Source: Tubiluchus corallicola
Taxonomy: Eukaryota; Animalia; Priapulida
NCBI GenBank assembly: GCA_030141605.1
Contig: JAQGDQ010000144.1
Location: 1-64,000, forward strand
Direction of reading: 5' to 3'
DNA: 64,000 nucleotides
This document shows, one piece after another, positions 55,645 through 64,000 of this stretch; position 1 is the first letter of the stretch; each line of letters opens with the position of its first letter. The notes below the pieces were generated by a model that was not told the origin of the DNA, did no database searches, and saw nothing but the letters and a program-made list of their open reading frames with translations. The translations under genes were made by a program, and so were the position numbers.

Positions 55645-58600
55645 CAAAAATTTTTATACATAATAGCACCAATTTTAATTACAATAATACGCTGTTGTAG
55701 CTCTACTTATATTTCAGAAAGCTACACATGCACATGGACATGGAAAAGGAACCTTAAATTTACATAAAAAAGGAGCTTTAAATTTATTTAAGTATTTAGA
55801 TACAAAAATATACTTTCACATGTCCTACCTTTACTGGTTGTGTGATCAATACATCAACGACGAAAGAAACGAAGAGAGAAGTGAGCCATTTCTGTACTTT
55901 TTCATCTCCGAAGCTGATACCGTACAAGAACGTCATGAATGCTGAACCTCCGATGGTGATAAGCAGCAGAAACCATGCAATGTATTTGCAGAACCATGGT
56001 AAAGAGAATGGCTTCTTTCTTGGCTTCTTCTTGGGCAGTACATATCTTAAACAAATAAGTTAATAAACTAAAATATTGAAACAACACACTTCAGTAATAG
56101 CAACTGCTACTGTCAATTGCACAAAAAAGTATCGTGGTAAAATCGCAATGCCGTATAGATTAAGGTAGACTTATGAATTCGTATGATTTTTTGCAGAAAA
56201 AGAATTGTGATAGCATATTAACAAGAAAAAAGAAATTTTTCTAAATATTTAAGATTTCGAAATACTAGAAAAGAATCAAAATGCACCTCATGTGGATGGT
56301 ATTGTAAGTTGATAATTTAATCATATACACTTAAAATTACTATACACATAAAATGCACTCACATGTGCTTACAAAAGCTGCTGTTTACTGATTGTCAGAG
56401 ACAAAGCAAAGTCAAGAGAAATATACCATTATGGTATGATAAATCTTAGAAGTGATGTATGCTTCTAAGACATATCCAAAACACAATAATTACAACAATA
56501 TTACAAACTTTTGGCATTACAAAATAAAGTTTTTAAAAATTTAAATTTGTGAAACAAATTAATTCAACTCACCTTTCATCAATGATCATGGAATCACTGC
56601 TCATTGAAGATCCGGGTCTCATTTCTCCGTTTATTGACATCTCAGACTGGGGACGGTAACCATCGTCCAATGAAACGGCACTTTGAGGGTGCAAATGTGT
56701 CCTCTTTTGTGCCAGAATGCTTGGAGAATCTTCAGAAGCTGACTGTGATAAACCTAAATGAAAGCAATCCATGTGTTAAATTAGAACTTTTATACTTTTA
56801 ATCATATCCTTACTTCAGTCAAATGACAGGACAAATTACATTAAACTTTGGCAAGCCACGACTTAAAAGGAAAGGAAAAGAAATTTTAAAATATCACAAA
56901 GAACTTTTCATACAAATTTATATTATTTAGCCTAACGTTTACCTGATTAAAGACTTGTGTTTTAATAATTTAAAATATCTGTGCCACCTGGTAAAAACGG
57001 CACTGCGTCGTCATCCCAGTGTGCACTATTGATCACCAAAAAACATATTATTGATCTCATTGACAATATAAAGAATTTAAATTTTTGCTTAATTAGTGAT
57101 GAGTGTGTTATAAATGCTCTGATAATTTTTCCAAACTGTACACAATGTTATCAAAACTTGATTCAAACAACTTACCATTAAAATGACTGCACTTTATGGT
57201 GTTAATGGGAGATTAAATTTACAAATTTTATACTGTGTTACTGTTATAGTAATAGTCATTGTAAATTTATTTAGCTTCATAAACTTACTACAATAGTTAA
57301 GATGATAACTGCATGTTATACATGTAAGTGCAAGCAGAGGTAACTGCTAAAGCAATCTCTGTATGCAATATGACAGCACGTAAGCGATACAAAATTTCAA
57401 GACAAAGCTTTTTTAATGAAGAGTGTTTACTAGTGCTTTAAAAGTTGTTTCTAAAAAGCATTGAGACAAAAGCAGATAACACTTTTTCTGTCTCTCTTTA
57501 CACGACATAATTTGTTCTTCCACTGTGCTGAGGCTTTGAAATGACAGAGCTACCTTATCCACATTTGCAGGTGTATATACCTATCATCCCTGAACTAGAG
57601 AATAAGAAATAAAAGCACCCAGAAAAGATTTTCAAGATGGTAACTTGTCTATTTAGTAACAAGTCCTAGTCCTGCTCAACTCTGCAGCCAGGCACCCAGA
57701 ACTACACTAGAGACATTTAAAAAGTGAACACAAAAAATCTTACACAATTAGGTATAACACAATCTGGGTTTTCCATAAGTATTCACATTTCCTGAAAGGT
57801 GTCAGGGATGGCACAATTCAGAAAAAGCTTAATAGCTCTTTATTTAGACAGGACTGTTATGAAATTTTTAAAGTAGAACTAAAATAACGGAGCTAAAATT
57901 TCAATATAAATCTCTTTTCTGTATATAAGTTAACTATACATACACAAGACAAATTTTTTTTAGTGGCACAATAACTTGTAAAGCTGAAAATACACGGTTA
58001 GCAAATTATGCAAAATGTAAAAGTAAAATGCTGGTAAACAATCAATTTTTTAGTTTTGTAGTTTAAAATAGCCAAGACAAAGTGATTCTAATAATGAAAA
58101 TAATGACAACTCACAGCTCTGATGAAGACAATTCTAACAACACTGATACTGATGAAGGCAATGCATGGTTGCTATTGTTGACAAATTATTGAATAAAAAT
58201 TAGAGAAGTTAAAAGAAGATATTACCTGTAAGCACCTGTTTGTCGTCTATATCTACTGGAGAAGGATTGACAGGTGATCCTGCATGAGAAAGCCGAGCAT
58301 CTTTTGCATGCTGTTGATTCATTTTGATAGCTTTCAGAACAGATGACGGTCGCATTTTTCGAGGACGGGATTTTCGAAAAAGCCAGACAATGAACAGATT
58401 AATGGGAAATATGATCATGTTTGCCATAAAACCGACACCAATCTAAAAGATAATAATATGCGCTTTAAAACTCGGTAGTACATGATAAGACAAGAATTAA
58501 CTTGTTATTGTATTGAGCATTATGGAGCTGGACTGAGACTAGAATTGTCTCCCTACTTTTCTTTAGTGGGTGGCATTCATAAGTGTATTGCATCATAATC

Positions 58601-61600
58601 AATGGGAAAATTGCTCATTGTGAATGACCAATTAGTAGCTGTGCATACAGTTTTTGCATTGCAAAGCAAATTTCATAACAAATTCCTAAAAACTTTATAT
58701 CACATTTTATTAGTGTTATCAATTATGCTCTTCACAAATTCATGATTAGTGGTACTTTTTATAGGTAATACCATTATTAAAACCATTAATAGGTACCACA
58801 ACCTATTAATTACAAATAGGCAATGTCTCTATAGAAACATTAAAACTTATGCAATGATTTTTTTTGCAATGGACAAAATCATTATCCATATCACATACTC
58901 TAATACGAAATTTCATGTGCTTAAAAACCCTAAGTTTATTAGATTTGTTTAAAAGATTTTATTTGTATATGATACCTGATATTTCAAAATACTGTATAGT
59001 TTAAATTGCAATGACTACTACTACATGTTTAGAAATTGTGAACATCAATACCTCCTGGCTAGTAAGACTGAAAGGCCCAATTTTAATCCCACCCTGAGAT
59101 CGAACGCTGCCTTCCGGAACCAGACCATACCACATAGCACTAACCATCATTGTCATAGACAACAGTGAACAGCAACAGAACACTCTCTGTAGTCGTGTGA
59201 ATCGGCTCTTCGATGGTCGAGCAAACACTGAAACCCACAGATGATCATCCTGAAAGTCTTTGCGGGTCTGAGTTTGGAAAAGATGGGAGAATTCCTCCAT
59301 TTGCTCCTTACCCGCGACTGGAAGCAGTCTATCAACCTGCAGTAAAGTAGTCATACATCACTCATAACACAATGTTAGAATTTATTTTCTCTAAGCATCC
59401 AAAGCCATTTTGCTAATGCATAGAACAAAATCAGCATATACTTGCCTAATTACAGACATTTGACATGAAGTAGTTAAGAAAATGTTTTCAAATAAAACTA
59501 GTAAACCTTGCCAATAATGCAATGTTTAATTTTACGACCAACACATCTATCGTGGCGTGCTAGACAAGTGTATGTCCTTCCATAACATTATAATATTGTG
59601 TACATTTTAACTCAATAACATGCTAATAACAGAAGTAAAGTATAGTATTTTTGTATAGCGAGCAGATTTACAAAATAAATACACAATAAGTTCAGAATAC
59701 GTTAAAATTATATGTTCACAGAGCTGCATCAAAAACGTTTACGTTGGTCGAAACAGCGGTGTAGCTAAGGGAAACGAAATGGGCAGTCTGCCCGATGACA
59801 TATGTCTAATGGAACTTTATTCAAGTGCAGTAAAGAAAGTTGATTCTATCTGAACAAGTAGAAATGTGTCATAAATTGTATAATAGTTTGTGCACAGCAG
59901 GCAAATATCATTGTCTAATTTGTACATTGATAGTTATCGTAACCGTAGTGACGGGTAATTTATCTGTCATATTTTGCAAGTCTATTGTTGCAGGTGTCAA
60001 ATACGTTTACATGTTCTTGTTTTAGAAATCTTTCAAGTTTGCAGATCACCTGTACGATGCTAGTGTCATTGATTTCCTAATAAATATCTAACAACAAGCA
60101 ATATGTTAATTAATAGGAAACCACCAATGGATTCTACTAGCATCGACGATGGACGCGGTAGCAGCCCCAATTCACTGAACTTATTCTTACTGGGCCATTC
60201 TGCAGATTCATCCTCCTCACACCGGATTACAACCAGCCTACAACCGCACGTGTAAAAAAAGTGTGAATTTGAAGAAAACATGAAGTCAGATAACGATATC
60301 ATGATTAAATAACTACGTAACTATACCCTAAACCTAATTTTGTTATATATATGGATGGCACTTTTGTGCATTTTTCCTAACAGAAGGCAAAATGCCTGAC
60401 ATCATTTATTTTATTATGAAAATGGGATTTATAATGCTTACTGTAGAGTTTGCTCAAAGGAAGACGACAATTAGTTATTTAATATCTTTGTAATATTTTC
60501 TTTTTTTTGTTTTCAAAATTTCTGTACTGTACACATCTTGAGTTAACTGTAACGAGCCACAAGCTCTAGCTACACCACTGGGTGGAAACAAAAAGTTATA
60601 ACTTTGTGCACATATTGCAATGCACTATAATGTCTATATTAAGGAAGCCGTTTCTTTTCACTCACCCTGTACTATAAAACATACCTGACCGTCACCGTAC
60701 TCAACAGCCAGCCACTGATCAGATATAAATTTGAACTTCTCGTTTGTCTGCAAGTCATTGACAATGATGTACTTCAGGTACCATGAAGCGTATGTTCCCT
60801 TACCGGAATTATCATGCCAAATGCGGATGTAATTCAGTGCCCCTAGTGGTCTGAAACAATAAGATGCAATAAATGCAATTAAACTTACTTACAAAATACG
60901 AAGTAATGATTGCCAATACGTTAAGTAAGTAAGTATGAAGTAAGGGCTCTGCTGAATACTATAATTTAGTAAGGAACACTTTTTTATAATACTGTTTGCA
61001 CTAATGATTATAGTGAACACATTACTTTTAAAATACTGAAAAAGATTTTGTGTTCCAAGACTTTTGCAAAACATTTTACCTGGGTACCGCCATCACGAAA
61101 GAATCAATATTCCCACTCTGAAAAATGTTTCTTTTATTGTCGTCAAATAACCGCACGTCAGTTTCATCGTAGTCTCCAGCCAAAATAAAGTTAACCTAAA
61201 ATCCAAAACAGAGATAAATGTTCTAAAGAATCTTTGTAATTGTTATAAAAACCCCTTACTGTGGTAAAATAATGGATGAGGCACAGAAACAACATGTATA
61301 TATTGACATAGGATAGGTCCAATAAACTAGAGGTTAAATTTTACACACTCAAAAAATTAGTTCGCGAAGCGGATTAGGGTTAGGGTTAAGATTAACATTA
61401 AGTTTAGGGTATTTAAACTGTGTGAGGAATTGTAAACTCCTTCCAAATTAGGTTAGATTGATAGATGGGAAAATAAAACAGGCATGGCAAGGTAAAGTGC
61501 AGATCAGTAAGGTGTGGTATAATATAAGATCTATACAGTACAATAAAATGGTTTTTCCCACCTTTGAGTTAGTAGCTGAAGCTTTACTCATGCCTGTGAA

Positions 61601-62955
61601 AACTATAATTTCATAGTAATATGTGTCGTTGGGATGGTTGTCTATCATAGGTGCGGCTCCAACCTTGAGTTAGCAGAATGAACCAACATTATTAAATGTC
61701 ATATTTAAGAGAAAATACATAATGAAACAAAAATTATTATAGCTATAAATTTTCGTCAGTGGGACTAATCATTACACTACAGCATTTTTTCAAGTTAATT
61801 AAATTAGACTGATTAAAAAGCTCATTTTATATATTATACACACATAGGTATGATTATGTACATTCTAATACATGTCAGACATTTGAAAAAAGTGCAAACA
61901 CATAAAACAAATAATAAATTTTGAACAAATCAAGTCAGTTTTAAACATATGTGTAGATAATGTATACATGCATATAAGCAAATGCAACTGAGAATTTTAA
62001 AACCCAATTGAAAACATTTTCCTCTCCTTTAAAAGAATCGACATTTTAAGTATCAATTTCTGCAAATCGAAAATTATGTTACCGTATGTGTTAGCCATTT
62101 AAATGCCAAGTCATACAATGACATTTACCTCATCTACTTATAATTAGAACAATTAAATAGTGCAAAACTGCAAAAACTGAGTATTTGAATACATGTTCAC
62201 AAATAAACATCAAGAGGGTTTTATTCTCTTTTCTCTTAGTCTACAATATCTTACCTTCTCTGCATCTTTGTTGTCCTTTCTTCGAGCCCACACTCCGACA
62301 ATCAAGAAAACAACACCAATAACGATAACAGTTGCATATATAGTGGGGTTCTTCGCAATGTCCAAATTACTGAACACATACTCAAAGTCAATGTCATTCG
62401 GAGGGACGAAAAATCCAGCAGCAAAGTCAGTAAGATGGTTGGAAAGACAAACAATCTTTTCTGGAGTTGATTCACTTGATACCTACAAGCAATAGTATGA
62501 AACTATGTGTAAAAAAAACTTTAACATGGGAAGTCAATAGAGGAAATAATATTTAACAGTGTCATTTCAATTGTAACCTGTGGCAAAACAACCTTTTTAG
62601 AAAAACCAGTACAGAAAATCTAATATTAGTTTTTCTGTTTCCAAAGAAGACTGAGTTCCAGCTGACTGTCAGCTGGAAATTTGTTCATGCTTTCTTTTAT
62701 TTGTCAATGTTTGTCATATTTGTCAGTACAATGCAGTTAACTATAATTTACAGGAATAAAACAGGCATGTTTTTATCAAGCTTCAAATATTTTAAGCAGA
62801 CTAAGCACATGTACCTTAAATTTTTAAAGTGAAAAATGCATACCTCCAAACCGTCAAACTCATAGCCTTTTTCACCCAAATACGCACATGATACAGTGGT
62901 AAATGTGTATGTGTAGTGGTAAGTGAATGTGTTCTTGACTTTTTTGCTGAATGAT
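47341..62955 (-). CDS. Polycystin-1-like protein (PKD1/PKD1L2 family): GPS, PLAT/LH2, TM region, TOP and channel domain; 5'-partial, gene continues beyond the window
   Basis: Exons (minus): 62955-62844, 62482-62255, 61663-61562, 61195-61080, 60850-60685, 59336-59052, 58442-58226, 56753-56573, 56045-55829, 55098-54975, 54629-54464, 54065-53978, 53168-52997, 52559-51584, 49687-49468, 48093-47913, 47459-47341 (TAA); phase-consistent. GPS CLSNHL|TDF; PLAT YYYEIIVFTG, LGALNYIRIWHDNSG, WYL, DQWLAVEYGDG; DDHLWVSVF..SRFTRLQR; LPWFC; TQPVK; MRQIRV; YPGGGY; WIDKYTRAVFIEF; NMFMTII. Confidence 0.93.
50049..50141 (+). repeat. Telomeric-repeat-containing dispersed element, copy 3 (PKD intron)
   Basis: aagtttcgaattccccacaca..aattagttcatgaagcagattag + ttagggttaggg + ggttgtaatctccttcc. 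Confidence 0.7.
55562..55643. repeat. (CT)n microsatellite in a PKD intron
   Basis: Near-perfect (TC) run of ~40 units. Confidence 0.97.
59754..60580. mobile_element. Non-autonomous hAT-type DNA transposon (827 bp) with 14-bp TIRs and 8-bp TSD
   Basis: Left TIR cagcggtgtagcta (59754-59767); right TIR tagctacaccactg (60567-60580; reverse complement cagtggtgtagcta, 1 mismatch); flanks ggtcgaaa / ggtggaaa (7/8 identical). Confidence 0.8.
61332..61444 (+). repeat. Telomeric-repeat-containing dispersed element, copy 4 (PKD intron)
   Basis: aattagttcgcgaagcggattagggttagggttaag...tttagggtatttaaactgtgtgaggaattgtaaactccttcc. Confidence 0.78.
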
Positions 62956-63771
62956 CTAAAAACAAATAAAAGCTTCCTATTGATAAGTTCCTTAATTTGT
63001 AAATATATTAATGAAATCAATGCCGAAATTATTATAAAGTAAAGTGTAGTGCGCCAGTAATATAAGATAAGCAGATAAGTAGGTAAAAGAGCAAATGTAA
63101 AATTGTTTAGATGATGTATAATGAATTAATTGGTCGATCAGTCAGTGGCTGGTGATTAATAAAGTAAGTGACAGAAAAACAAAATACACAAAAAACGTGT
63201 CAAGTGGCTAACTATAAATCTGTAATTGACTTCATACAAAAGAGAGGTTGAATGTCGAATAAAAACTCCATATGAATTTAAGATCTATGTCTCAGCCACT
63301 TTTTTCCAAAAAAAATTATTTGACAGTTTATCAAATAAACATGACAATTTTTTTTATGATTGCACTACATATTTTGGCTGACAAGCCAAAAGCAGCTAGG
63401 ATGCAGCTGTACCTAATAAAATTCAACCAGCAATTGATATATCACTTATTTTCACTTTTAAAAAACAATAATTATTTACAAGCAGGTTCACTCTAAAAGC
63501 TACCATTCAGAGGAACAAGTAAGTATTCACTAAAGTATAAGGAAGAAGAATCTTTTATTTTCCATTTCTAGATATAGAAGCTTTAAAATGTGTCATGCAG
63601 CAGTAAAAGTTATGCATGTTAGTTCATTGGAAGTGAAGTAAATGACTTTCTCTAATTTTACTTTACTGAAATTAAGATGCCTATAAACCTCTGACATGAT
63701 CAATTCCTTTTCTAGGGTATATTAAATTTAGTCAATAGTCAAATTAAAAAAGAAGAAGGCACTGAAAAACT

Positions 63772-63852
63772 GTGAGTCAACCAGGAGTTGAATCCAGAAC
63801 CTTGTGGTTTCAGGCAACATGCTCTATGCATTTAAGCTATCAACCCAAATGG
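63772..63852 (-). mobile_element. Degenerate tRNA-derived SINE head
   Basis: Minus strand: ttgggttgatagcttaaatgcatagagcatg...ccacaaggttctggattcaactcctggttgactc, with A- and B-box-like motifs. Confidence 0.45.
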
Positions 63853-64000
63853 CTAAAGCATGCCTGAATTCTTATATTACTCAGCATATCAGTCAAGTAA
63901 CTTACTTCTCTGACTGTTTGTCTGTTATTTGTACTGTTCTCATGATATTGGCTGCTGGTTCATTTTCTGTTGCACACTGTACAATCCCAACTATAATCCT

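Overview
AT-rich genomic DNA from an invertebrate metazoan, judged by its GT-AG spliceosomal introns and TTAGGG-type repeats. A lophotrochozoan origin is plausible but cannot be proven from this window. Five protein-coding genes can be reconstructed with phase-consistent splicing. (1) TTF2/lodestar SNF2 ATPase (+, 1503-5456), with the whole CDS in one exon. (2) An 8-finger C2H2 zinc-finger gene (+, 13863-15564, two coding exons). (3) Lysosomal-type GH35 beta-galactosidase GLB1 (-, 14 coding exons, 31904-19646). (4) A MIF4GD/SLIP1-CTIF family MIF4G protein (+, 36885-42658). (5) The 3' part of a polycystin-1-like gene with GPS, PLAT and channel domains (-, >62955-47341). Intergenic and intronic DNA holds degraded L2/CR1-group LINEs, a non-autonomous hAT-type element with TIRs and an 8-bp TSD, degenerate tRNA-like SINE heads, micro- and minisatellites, and a four-copy short element carrying telomeric repeats between inverted repeats. 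I see no clearly new multi-gene system. The best leads are short linear motifs in unexpected proteins (an EJC-binding-like motif in the MIF4G protein, a PAM2-like motif in TTF2), the intronless TTF2, a Cys/dibasic insertion in the GLB1 processing loop, and the telomere-repeat element. All comparisons with known proteins are from memory; no searches were run.
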